A DNA stretch of 64,000 nucleotides, from NCBI RefSeq assembly GCF_006345805.1, contig NC_042997.1, positions 79,670,001 to 79,734,000 of the forward strand, written 5' to 3'. Positions 1 through 11,054 of this stretch are shown here, piece by piece. Position numbers and translations under genes: made by a program. Source of the stretch: Octopus sinensis (taxonomy: Eukaryota). Below the pieces are notes generated by a model, which saw only the letters and a list, made by a program, of their open reading frames with translations, was not told the origin of the DNA and searched no databases. Numbering within the stretch: the stretch's first letter is position 1; each line of letters begins with the position of its first letter.

Positions 1-73
1 ATTGTGCATAAATTGTGTTTTATATTTGTATGGACTTTTTAGTACAAATATATTGTATTTTAAATTGTAGTAA

Positions 74-354
74 CACCTTGGGCAAGTGTTTTCTACTATA
101 GCCTCGGGCTGACCAAAGCATTGTGAGTGGATTTGGTAGCCGGAAACTGAAAGAAGCCTGTCGTATACATATATATATACTTGTGTGTCTGTGCTTGTCC
201 CACTCCAACATCGCTTGACTACCGATACTGATGTTTACTTCCCCGTAACTGAGCGGTTCGGCAAAAGAGACATAGAATAAATACTAGGCTTACAAGTGGT
301 GCTCCAGCATGGCTGCAGTCAAATGACTGAAACAAATAAAAGAATGAAAGAATA
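74..354 (+). mobile_element. tRNA-derived SINE family A, 5'-truncated copy
   Basis: Colinear with the full-length copy at 62702-63086: ccttgggcaagtg...gtgagtggatttggtag-cggaaactgaaagaagcc, internal (TA)/(TG), 3' end atggctgcagtcaaatgactgaaac plus aaaga-rich tail. Confidence 0.85.
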
Positions 355-740
355 CGTCACAATCTGATGAAAACTACAGCATGTCTTACGTGATCAGCGT
401 AGAGTATTCACTTCGAATTTTCCAAGTTCAATGACATTGGAATTTTTACGATATTTGAATCAATATAACTGCTCTTCGGCCCATTTAAGAAGTTGATGAT
501 TTTATTTGCTGTAAATATAATGTAATTTTTGCGATGTGTAGTCCGGTGTTGTTTTGCAGTAAAATAGGAGTGGATCTGTTGACTAATCTAGGCTGGGTTT
601 TTTTTGTAAGTTTCTGCATCATCTGGTCCAGTTGGCTGCAATATACTTCGGCCGTGATTGATGAGCCAGGTTTAATGAAATCATAATGGATCACGCCTGC
701 GCCAGACTACCAAACACAGATCATCAGCCTCTTTTGATAA
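355..740 (-). mobile_element. Mariner transposase fragment (cecropia/Hsmar1-like), decayed
   Basis: ORF 485..694 IHYDFIKPGSSITAEVYCSQLDQMMQKL...RLVNRSTPILLQ; very similar to 6740-6930. Confidence 0.85.
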
Positions 741-895
741 CTGTTGCATTCCAGCAGAGCCCATTTTACCTGCTTCTGCCCGGTCTCCACGGAAACCTAC
801 ATGCAAAGAGAAATATATTGAACAACATATTCATTGCTGCACAAGCCACATACTCAGACTGCTGCACAACACCATATGCAATATCTTACTTTATA

Positions 896-1165
896 TGTTG
901 GTGTATGGCTTAGTGGTTAGGATATTCGGCTCACGATCATACGGTCGTGAGTTCAATTTCCGGCGATACGTTGTATCCTTGAGCAAGGCACTTTATTTCT
1001 CGTTGCTCCAGTCCACTCAGCGGGCAAAAATGAGTGTGACCAGCCTTGTCACACTCTGTGTCACGCTGAATCTCCCTGAGAACTACGTTAAAGGTATACG
1101 TGTCTGTGGAGTGCTCAGCCACTTACACGTCTCAAGGAATGTACACACAACCATGTATCCTTCTC
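896..1165 (+). mobile_element. tRNA-derived SINE (third family, CORE/V-like central segment)
   Basis: A-box tggcttagtggtt and B-box gagttcaatttcc, followed by tccttgagcaaggcacttt...ttgctccagtccactcagc. Confidence 0.7.
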
Positions 1166-1883
1166 CGTGTTCACTTTGAATTTAACATGTCATTATACTA
1201 TAATGAGTTGATTATAACCTAGATAACTTTTCTTATAACCTAGATTGTTGAAAACTTTAAAACTTTAGAGAATTTTAATTTCTCTCCTCTCTGACGCCTT
1301 CTATTTACAAAAGAAACCTGTTATTGAGTTTTTATTTAGCTTAATTATACTGTGACTAATTATTTAATAATTATAGATAAAACACTCATTAGCTTGTCTC
1401 AACTGGTAAATATTTTCTCTATTAATATGTCACGGTATAATTAAGCCAAATAAAATTAATTAAACTTGCTATACTAGAAGAATATTGTTGCTAAATGGAA
1501 AGTTTGCATTATGCTTTGCTATCATAGCAGTAGTAAGTGAAAACTCGCTGCAAGACCAGCTGATAACAGCAGAAATCTTCAAAGGAAGAACTCCCATCAA
1601 GCAAGTGTTTCAATCTGTTATTTCCTGGCATTGTAAAGGTGCTGAATCTACTAAGGTCATGATTTCTAGGTGTTCTGCTGTTTTTGAAATACTACCATTA
1701 GTGAGTATTGAACCTGGAACCTTCAGATGATCTTATTCCCCTGATCTGGATGTATATCCCTCGGTCACGAAGACCACCGAATAAACTTGCACAATAGATC
1801 TATTTCAATTTCGCCTTTTATCCTACGATTGTCTGTTAAACGGCTGGTAATATTCTTTTTCAGCTCCATGTTTTAGTTAGTCG

Positions 1884-2358
1884 TTTATCTTTTATCTTCT
1901 ATCTTCTATTCGTTTCAGTCATTAAACTGTGGCTATGCATGGCATCACCTTGAAGGATTTCAGTCGAACAAATCGATCCCAGAACTTAGTTTTTAAGCCT
2001 AGTACTTATCCTATCGGTTTCTTTTTGCCGAACCGCTAAGTTAAGGAGACATAAACATACCAGCACCGGTTGTCAGGCGGTGATGGGGGAAAACACACAC
2101 AGACATATATTAACTACTAGCATCTTTCAGTTTCTGTCTACCAAATCTATTCACAAGGCTTTGGTCGGCCAGAAGCTATAGTAGAAGACACTTGCGCAAG
2201 GTGCCACGCAGTGAAACTGAACCCGGAACTATGTAGTTGAGAAGCAAGCCAAGTGTTTGAGAAGCAAGCCAAGTGTTTGAGAAGCAAGCCAAGTGTTTGA
2301 GAAGCAAGCCAAGTGTTTGAGAAGCAAGCCAAGTGGTTGGGAAGTAAGCTTCTTACCA
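1884..2358 (-). mobile_element. SINE family A copy with an internal 20-bp tandem amplification
   Basis: Reverse complement of the family A body; head contains 5 x ttgagaagcaagccaagtgt (2237-2336). Confidence 0.85.
2237..2349. repeat. 20-bp tandem repeat, 5 units plus a partial unit
   Basis: Units start at 2237, 2257, 2277, 2297 and 2317; partial ttgggaagtaagc at 2337. Confidence 0.95.
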
Positions 2359-3299
2359 AAGAGTCACTCTTGCGCCTAAGTTAATCAAAATTAAAATGCT
2401 ACTTTGTGAATGTTTTAGCTCTCTGTTCTTTGTAAATGAAATTATTAACAGAATTATATTGATGCATTGAATTACGATAGGAAATTTAATTAAATGTCTC
2501 TCACAAGCGCCATAAACATTAAAACCCCCATTTTATCATTTTGCATGCATTACACACATAGTTGAAATAATACAGGATGAGTAAATATACAATGATCTGA
2601 TGCTAAACAATATCTTGCCCAAATTTTCCTGGGTCGACTTCGGAAAAGTAAATTATACACTCTGGAGAAATTATTAAGGAAATATAATCCATAATTCTGA
2701 AGAAGCAGATTTTACTATGCATATCTATTTCAAGTATCACAAATAAATTTTCTCTATTATTTTTTTAACGTTATCTCAGTTTCAAATTTCAAAATTTGGT
2801 GCATATGGAGAGCATTATAAGACAAGCTGTAAACATATTTTTAATCTTTGGTTCAGGCTATTTTCTTTCTCTTACTTCATTATCATTGGGGAGGGCATAA
2901 ACATTTCAGTATTCTATTTATGTCTCTTAAATACAGAACTGCATATTCGGTACATGCGATCCAAGTATCGTAGATGGTTATGGCAGTTTTATGCCACTTA
3001 AGTCGCTACTACTGTTATGAAAATCATGAATTAATTTTGTTTTTGCTATAAATCTGACACTCTTCGGTATATGTAGAAAGTCAAATGTGTTGCTTTTCTT
3101 AATTTTTGTTTCATAAATCCCTCAATAATATAGCGTTGTTTTAATCATCTTTACATCAAACTTTTTAAGACATTCTACTCGACAGTAGCCAGTATTGATC
3201 ATAGGTGATCAGGGAGAAATAAAAACAAGAATGAATTATTTGTTAGTTTACCTTTCATTTCCTAATGTAATAATAATATAGTAAGGGATAATTAGGGTG

Positions 3300-4005
3300 G
3301 CCTTAGCTAATATTAGGGGGATCTTTCTGAATATGAAGTCGGTTTTGCTCCATTACATCTAAACTTTGACAGAAAAGATACCCTCTATATACCAAAATTA
3401 TAGAAATGTAGCATGCAGTACGCCAAGCGTTCTTATTTGTCTTTTAAGAATGCCTTTGATCGTCTTTTTTAGGGTGGGATGTCTAATGTTGAGGGGTTTA
3501 ATAAGAAAACTGATGAGTATATAAAGTATTCTAATTTTTCATCTGCCATAAGATGTATGAAGATGAAATTCCTCCTGTGACAAGCAATAAGCCATTAGTA
3601 AGTCAAATGATGACCCCGATGACGAAACGGAATATGAGGACCAAATGGATGACAAGGATTTTGAAATTTCTCATTCATGCCCTAAAATAGGTCAAGAACA
3701 ATTGGATCGTTTTGTTAAAAAGTTGTGACTTACCAAGAATCATGCTTACCTGGCTGGAACAATGCTCAGAGACTTTGGAGTCATAGCCCAAGGAAACAAA
3801 ACAACAGCGTGCAGGCACCGAGAGAAGAAATTTGTTGAATCTTTCGACACACATGATGAAGTGGGTTTAGTTTATTGAATGGGCATTACTGGTTTGATGG
3901 TAGCACAGGGAATTTCCTCTCATGTCAAGATAGATTAGAGATTATTCCGTGATGACAGTTTTTCCAGCTGAAAGGCAGTCCTTTTGCATGTTGTGAATCA
4001 CCATC
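3300..4005 (+). mobile_element. Decayed DNA-transposon transposase, Chapaev3/CMC-like
   Basis: Translates to MSNVEGFNKKTDEYIKYSNFSSAIR...DDKDFE...QEQLDRFVKKL*LTKNHAYLAGTMLRD...RHREKKFVESF...D*RLF..DS..LKAVLLH. This resembles the IKYPNLPSAIRP / ELNDLVRDL.LSK / WRLFIDSS..SLKAVLLH motifs; the family name is from memory of these motifs. Confidence 0.6.
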
Positions 4006-4224
4006 ACCCACCACATTGGCAAGAAACTCACAAACACAATAAGAACTGCTTACGACTGGAAATTTCCTGGTATTGACAAGGTGTCTAATTTCTTTGAGCG
4101 GTCGGTATTAAGAGTGTCGGGTATCGATTATGGAAATGTATAATTTGTATTGTATTAGCTGTTGATAGTGTAGTGTATGTGTTGTGCTATATTGTTTAGT
4201 GTGTAGTTTGTCATTTTATTCATA

Positions 4225-5790
4225 TTTTATTTACTTCCTTCTCCATATTTTACTTCAATTTCAAAATCGTTCGGCAGTTCTTCCGTCTCTTTTCGGGGAA
4301 TATTTTGATCAGAAACGATCGTGTCTCCTAAAATACAGACATTTTCCTTTCAGTTTATTATTATATCTAGACAAGTTGCTTTCATCTCCATGTCAGCTTG
4401 AACAGGCATCACCCAGATGAGTGTGACCAAATCTTTGTTAGGTAGCGTGTTTGTTATATGTTTACACCACTTCATTTACACATCGTCGAAGTGTCAGTAT
4501 ATTGACCAGTAGACATAACTGCCAACTCGAGCTTGTCTGTTCTTGACTAGCAGTCGCGAATGATATAGTCAACAGTTACACTGTATCGGTTACATAGCCT
4601 GTAGTTGTTAGTATCTTTTGTATCCATTCGTGCAATTGTTTGTGGCTTGACATCAGTCTTGTGCAACTAAAATCAGATCTGTTTCAACTTTAACGCCATA
4701 GTTTTTGAGCTGCTGTTGACGTTCACTTCCTCTCAACTGAATCTTGTAGAGTATTGGAAATGACATAGTTTCTCTCTCCGTTTGTTTTCCTCCGGCATTT
4801 TAGAATTCTGTCATATTTGTTTCAACATCAGGATTGCTGGCGCTGCTGGGCATTTACCATGTCGTACCTTTGCACAGATCTGAGATATCATTTGGTTTGG
4901 CTCGTGCTTCTATTTGCTTTGCTTTCACAGTGGTTTCTTCTCTCTCATCTAATTGCGCCTCAGTATCGGTGATCTTTAATTCTTTCACATATTTCTATGC
5001 TTCTTCTGATACTGAATTTAGTTTCTTGGTATTTTCAAGCAATTTCAAGCATCCAATTATAAGTATTCTTTAGATAGGCATATAATGCTATGGTTGGTGT
5101 GTTTAGAGATAGTTGTAGCTGCATCAGTGCACGTCTCACATCCTTTTGTGAAATGTATAGTCTGTCTACAATCGTCTTTAGGAGATGCATGCAGTGCATT
5201 GTGAAAAACGCGTATTTTTGTGATACTAAAGCTGCATATCACAACAAGATAACCATGGCATTATTGGTATTAACCCTATTTCTCGCATTCATTTCGCTTT
5301 TCAAGATATCTCTAACTCTACAACAACATTCTTTCTATATTTTCTCGCGCATTTGTGTGTACTGAAATCCATCCCCTTCATACACACCAAAATATTTATA
5401 GGTATTTTTTTTTCAAGATCTAATTTCTTGATTAAGGTAAATTTGTTTAGCTGTGTGTTGTACGTTACCCAGGGCAGTCTCGTTTTTAATACCGTCACTT
5501 AACTGTTTTACTCTAGTTAAAAAAGTTCTAACTACTGATCATCTTTTGCGAAAGGCTTTTGATCATCTACGTAAAGGATGTGATTAGTTGGTCTGTCGTA
5601 TATTCTGTACCCATGTTTTGAGTCATTCAACAGCTTACTTAAGGGAATGAGGACCATGCAAAGAGAAATGGTGGTAGAGAATCGCCTTGAAAAGTGGCGT
5701 AGTATGACAATGTCACCAGTGTTCACAATACCTGCGTCTAAATTCAATAAAAGAGTTTTTTTCACTTCTTTTCTTTTTTATCCTTTACTT
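4225..5790 (-). mobile_element. R4/Dong-type non-LTR retrotransposon relic (RT C-terminal half to RLE)
   Basis: RT: LCMVLIPLSKLLNDSKHGYRIY...NHILYVDD; post-RT DRLYISQK..WML; HGK..R..DV; LK..G.K.ET....AQD; RVGSYVYWSI; TLIW.MP...EMKA..LDIII; LEIEV. Many stops and frameshifts. Confidence 0.8.
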
Positions 5791-5827
5791 CATTCAGTCA
5801 TGAAATTGCTGCTAAGATGGAGCGCCA

Positions 5828-6254
5828 ACTTGAAAAGTTTTAGTCGAATGAGTCAATCCTAGTACTTTTTCTATCGCTCACTTTTTACCGGACCGCTATG
5901 TTACGAGGACGTAAACACAGCAACATCGATTGTCAACCAGTCATGGGAGACAATCACGAATACACACACACGCACATGCACACACACACACACTCACACA
6001 CACACACACTCACTCACACACACATGTATATAGTTGGTATCCTCGAAAAGACCAGTCAAGTAAGCCTTGCTGGCCTCCTGTAAAGATATTACGGCAGAGC
6101 TCTGGAAACGAGGCTGTGGTAAGAAGCTTCCTTCCCAACCACATGGCTCCGAGTTCAGTCCCACTGCATAGCACCACGGGCGAGTGTCTTCTGCTATAGC
6201 CTTGTGCCGACCAAAGACTTGTGAGTGGATCGGAAACTGGAAGGAGGCCGTCGC

Positions 6255-6255
<1 letters not shown>
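5828..6255. mobile_element. Two SINE family A fragments (3' part on minus 5828-5990; 5' part on plus about 6110-6255)
   Basis: gctgtggtaagaagcttccttcccaaccacatggctccgagttcagtcccactgc head; ccgctatgttacgaggacgtaaacac body on minus. Confidence 0.75.
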
Positions 6256-6412
<157 letters not shown>

Positions 6413-7143
6413 ATTAGGTCATCAAGTATGAAATTTGTAGAAAAGAAAAACATTTTGCCAATGTTTTATAAATACAAGGAATAGTTTTATTCATCAAAGT
6501 ATGCACCCTTATTGTCAATACACTTTTGCCATTTCAGCGGTAGCTTGTCCAGCCCGAAACTGCAAAAAGCCTGCCAATCTAGAGTCAATAAAATCTTGGA
6601 AGGCCTGTTTTACAGCTTCGTCGGAATTGAATTTTTTCCTATCAAAAAGTTATCCAAATTCTGGAAGAAGTGGTAGTCAGTGGGGGCATGATCAGGTGAG
6701 TTTGGTGGATGATGGAGAACTTCCAACTCCAGCTCCTGTAGTCTGTGGTCCGGTGTTGTCTTGCAATAAAATATGAATGAATCTGATGACTAATCTAGGC
6801 TTTTTTTTGTAAGTTTCTGCATCATCTGGTCCAGTTAGCTGCAGTATACTTCGGCCGTGATTGATGAGCCAGGTTTAATGAAATCATAATGGATCACGCC
6901 TGCGCCAGGCCACCAAACACACACCATCAGCGTCTTTTGATGAATTTTGCTTTCTGAGCTGTGTTTTGGTGGCTGAACGTTTACGGTTGTTGTAGTGGAT
7001 CCATTTCTCATCACATGTTACAATTCGATTCAAAAATGATTCATTTTTGTGACGAGAAAGTAGCATAATGCAAGCTTCCAAACGATGCTGTTTCTGATTT
7101 TCATTGAGTTCATGTGGTACCCACTTATCCAACTTTTTCAATT
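6413..7143 (-). mobile_element. Mariner element, 3' two-thirds with one terminal repeat (cecropia/Hsmar1-like)
   Basis: KKLDKWVPHELNENQKQHRLEACIMLL...FLNRIVTCDEKWIHYNNRKRS; HPPNSPD.AP.DYH-type motif near 6680-6720; terminal ttaggtcatcaagtatgaaat next to TA. Confidence 0.9.
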
Positions 7144-7273
7144 TCTAACATCAAACAACAACGATAATTCACGGGCACTTTGAGAGAAGGATCTGACTCG
7201 ACGGTGGCTAACAGTTCGCCATTATCCACCTTTGTTTCTGGTAGACCGCCAAAATTATTTCTTCTAAACTAAA

Positions 7274-7652
7274 TCAGTGCGTAACGGGTATTTATTTCCT
7301 CGACTCCGAAAGGATGAAGGGCAATGTTGACCTCGGCGAAATTTGAACTGAGAACGTAGCGACGTGCGAAATGCCGCTAAGCATTTCGTCCAGCGTGCTA
7401 ACAACTCTGTCAGCTTGCCGCCTTAATAACAATAATAATAATGGGTTCAAATTTTGGCACAAGGGCAACAGGTTTGGGGGAAGGGATAAATCGATTTCAT
7501 TGACTCCAGTGCTCAACTAATATTATTTTATCGACACCGAAATGATAAAAGGCAAAGTCGACCTTGGCAGAATTTGAATTCCGAACGTGAAGACATGAAA
7601 TACCGCTAAACATTTCACCTGCTGTGCTAAAGGTTCTTCCAGATCGCTGCCT
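7274..7652 (-). mobile_element. Two tandem copies of SINE family B (7274-7422, 7441-7652)
   Basis: Reverse complement of ggcggcgagctggcagaaacgttagc...gagttcaaattccgccgaggtcgactttgcctttcatcc, as in 58978-59207. Confidence 0.85.
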
Positions 7653-7655
7653 TGG

Positions 7656-7656
<1 letters not shown>

Positions 7657-7713
<57 letters not shown>
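7657..7713. repeat. (TAA)n microsatellite abutting a Dong fragment
   Basis: Direct reading. Confidence 0.95.
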
Positions 7714-7714
<1 letters not shown>

Positions 7715-8543
7715 GCAAAGATGGTAAGATACAACCAAAGAATGAAGGGTTCCCACCAGAATAGGTTATTCAGAGGAGATCAGAAGAGATTCTATAAAGA
7801 AAGAAATGGAGAGTGTACAGATGAAAAGTTGATACCAGATAACATTGAAAGTCAAAGGTTTGGAGTGACAACTGGATCAAAGACAAGGAGTACAAGAAGG
7901 ATGCTGAATGGTTGCCAGAACTGAAGCAAATAGGAGTCTGTCCAAAACAGGCAAAACTAGTCATTTCAGTTAGGGAAGTGAAGGAAATCCGCAAACAAAT
8001 GAGCAACTGGAAGGCTTCGGGACCAGATGGAGTTCAAGGCTACTGGATCAATAGATTTGATGAATTCCATGCACGAATAGCTGTGCAAATCAACACCTTG
8101 TTAAATGCCGACCAAGTAACACCAGAGTGGTTGACATTGGGTAGGACAGTGATGTGCCTGAAAAACATCGAAAAAGACAACACAGTAGACAATTACAGGA
8201 CGATATCCTGTTTGCCACTTATGTAGAAGATATTGACTGGAATATTCGCAGAGTCAATGTACGAACATCTGGGAAAAAATGATGTTCTGCTACATGAGCA
8301 GAAGGGTTCCAAGCGTAAGTGCAGAGGTACTAAGGCTCAACTCCTGATAGACAAAACTGTACTTAGAGACTGCAAGAGGAGAAAAAGTAACTTAGTCATG
8401 TCATGGATCGACTATCGTAAGGTGTACGATATGATCCCACATTCTTGGATTATGGAGTGTATGAAACTATTTGGCATTGCATCGAATGTTGAGCGATTGC
8501 TTGGAAATAGTATGGCGAAATGGATGACGGACCTGACAGCATC
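7714..8543 (+). mobile_element. R4/Dong-type LINE, RT N-terminal half
   Basis: ORFs 7721..7924, 7912..8226 and 8233..8562: QNRLFRGDQKRFY; NWKASGPDGVQGYW; PEWLTLGRTV; NYRTISCLPLM; EQKG; QLLIDKTV; [16 protein letters not shown]. Confidence 0.92.
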
Positions 8544-9058
8544 TGTCATCTGTTGGTATTGATACATCGTTTAGAAAGTATTTTTTCATGATCTCTTACA
8601 ACTATATCTGGCCTATTGGTCTTAATTTCTCTATTTGTATGCATTGGCATATCCCATAGTATTGTTGCTTTCTCATTTTCTGTGATCTTTGCTGGCATGT
8701 GCCTATACCATCTTTTTTCTGTTGTTATTCCATAGTGTTGGCGTAGCTTTCAGTGTATGTAGGTCCAAACTCTGTCGTGAAGATATTCCTTCTTAGCCAG
8801 GACTGGGCAGCCAGAGACAATATGATTTATTGTTTCTTGTCAATCTCCACATTTTCTGCAGTTACACTTGTTATGTTTCTTTTCATTGTATGTTTTTGGT
8901 AATTTCTGGTGGGGAGGCTTTGGTATTGTGCTGCAATTAAAAATCCTTCAGTCTCTGCTTTGAGTCCTTTGCTTTTCAGCCATTGTTGGGATTTTGCTTT
9001 GTCTATTTCTTTTGCGTTTAGTTTAACCCAGTAATTCCATTAAGGAGCTTTTCTTGCC
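8544..9058 (-). mobile_element. R4/Dong-type LINE, C-terminal zinc knuckle and RLE fragment
   Basis: QQWLKSKGLKAETEGFLIAAQ.QSLPTRNYQK; CRKC....ETINHIVSGCPVLAKKEY; TILWDMPMHT.REIKTNRPDIVVRDH; DVSIP.DD. Confidence 0.9.
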
Positions 9059-9059
9059 T

Positions 9060-9101
9060 ATAATAATAATAATAATATTAATAATAATAATAATAATAAT
9101 A

Positions 9102-9151
<50 letters not shown>

Positions 9152-9215
9152 CATTATTATTATCATTATTATTATTATTATTATTATTGTTGTTGTTGTT
9201 GTTGTTATTGTTGTT
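9060..9215. repeat. (TAA)n-(TTA)n-(TTG)n compound microsatellite with opposed orientations
   Basis: Direct reading. Confidence 0.95.
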
Positions 9216-9775
9216 GTGTGAGAGAGAACAGCTCATGCCATCAAAGTGACACTGGGGTACAAATATACGAAACCCAAAATGCTCATCTGATAAGGATACA
9301 CCAGACATATGCATCACAACCATATGTGCATAATATAGTGATCTCATATCAAAATAAACAACGTATGACCTCGCAGATGGTGCCCAGTTAAAATTTTCTT
9401 TAGATCAAGTAGCCCATCCCGCTCAAAAATTCTTCGAATAAGATTTGTTGAGATGATGAACAAAGCACCAATGTTTCCAGGGGTGAATTATTCAAGCCCC
9501 AAAGAATTCCTTTCAACACATGGCTATGACGCTTCTCCACTACTTCTGCTCGTGATCAGAGATGCACATATCGTCAGCCACTAAGCGACATGCTCAACTG
9601 GTTAAGGTGAAGCAACTGACAATCAAATCTGTGGTATTGAGCAGAATATTTGCTGTTGCCCGTCTTTTATACGAAGACAAAACATGTACATGATAGCACT
9701 TCCAATCAGTTAAGATCGAAAGCCATGAGAGCCACTGCCTAGTGCTGCATCAGAGCATTGGTACTGCATCAGGGT
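9216..9775 (-). mobile_element. Unclassified non-coding interspersed repeat (element X) with an (AAC/AAT)n 3' tail
   Basis: 9216-9675 is the diverged reverse complement of 62205-62674; no ORF; both ends lie in trinucleotide microsatellites. Confidence 0.85.
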
Positions 9776-9816
<41 letters not shown>

Positions 9817-9817
9817 T

Positions 9818-9902
<85 letters not shown>

Positions 9903-9921
9903 TATTATTATTATTATTATT
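9776..9921. repeat. (CAT)n(TTA)n microsatellite
   Basis: Direct reading. Confidence 0.95.
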
Positions 9922-10724
9922 AAATTTGTGGAAAATCCTAGAAACCGAAATACCTTGAATAGTTAAGGTGAGTATTGCAAATACTATTCTTATATTAGCT
10001 CTTCATTATTATAGCTATTGAAAATTTTCAATTAGCCTTGGTAGCTTCTGTCAGTTGCCTTTCGTTAATATCCTTTCCAGAATTTAAACAATAAAATGTG
10101 CTTAATGTTTGGCCAAAAAGAAAAAAAAGAACAAACAAAAAATGCGAAAAGTGATAAGCAAACTTTGCAGGAAATACAATGCCATTAATATTACAGACGA
10201 ATCCTAGGAAAGTACAATATCACTTTCTGTATCTATTAATTGATTTAATTAGCTAAGCGAAAAAGTAAACGTGGGTTATAAATTGAATTCACAAATTTTT
10301 CGCCATTAAAACAGCAATAAAAGAAGGTTAGTGATCTGAATATTTTTATAACACTGATTTTATATGAGAATGCTGGTGGGGCTGAAAATTCATAATTACT
10401 GTAAATCTTTTATGAAATATTTTCGTTTTAGATTTTTCTGAATTCCTACACGGTTTATTTCATCAAAACATTTTACTATCCGAAAAATGAAACTGCAACA
10501 AATGGAAATTTGTATAAATTGTGAAAATTGAATAACCAAATTTTGTTGGCTTTGGTACGTAAAATATCAAAATATAAATCTGTAGATTAGTTAAGAAATG
10601 TAATACTTAGACTTAAATTCAATACTTAGCTGTAATTATGTATGTATGTATGTATGTATGTATGTATGTATGTATGTATGTATGTATGTATGTATGTATG
10701 TATGTATGTATACAGTGGTGTTTC

Positions 10725-10875
10725 GCAGTTTTCATTCTTTTAAGGCAGTCATAAGGCATTGTTCAGCCTGTCTTTAGAGTGGGAGACACTTGCCGAAGCT
10801 TGAGCACAGTGGAATTCAACCTGAAACCATGTCATTGTTAAGCGACCCTCTTAACTGTACAGTCATGCCTGCAGC
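10725..10875 (-). mobile_element. Degenerate SINE family A 5' fragment
   Basis: gacacttgccgaag...cagtggaattcaacctgaaaccatgt matches the family A head on minus. Confidence 0.6.
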
Positions 10876-11009
10876 TATATGTATAAGTGTATGCGCGCGT
10901 GTTTCATTGTACAAACGAAATGTAAAAGAACTCAGTAGATATAGAAATTATTCTTACATCCACAGTTTAAAATTCTCTACTTCATCACTTAACACACGTA
11001 CCTATAGGT

Positions 11010-11054
<45 letters not shown>

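Noticed and set aside
2237-2349. 20-bp direct repeats as a CRISPR array
   Set aside because: Head-to-tail units with no spacers, inside a eukaryotic SINE.
7714-9058. Twin-priming 5' inversion
   Set aside because: The pieces converge and the 3' piece lacks the element end and tail; twin priming gives divergent pieces with an intact 3' end.
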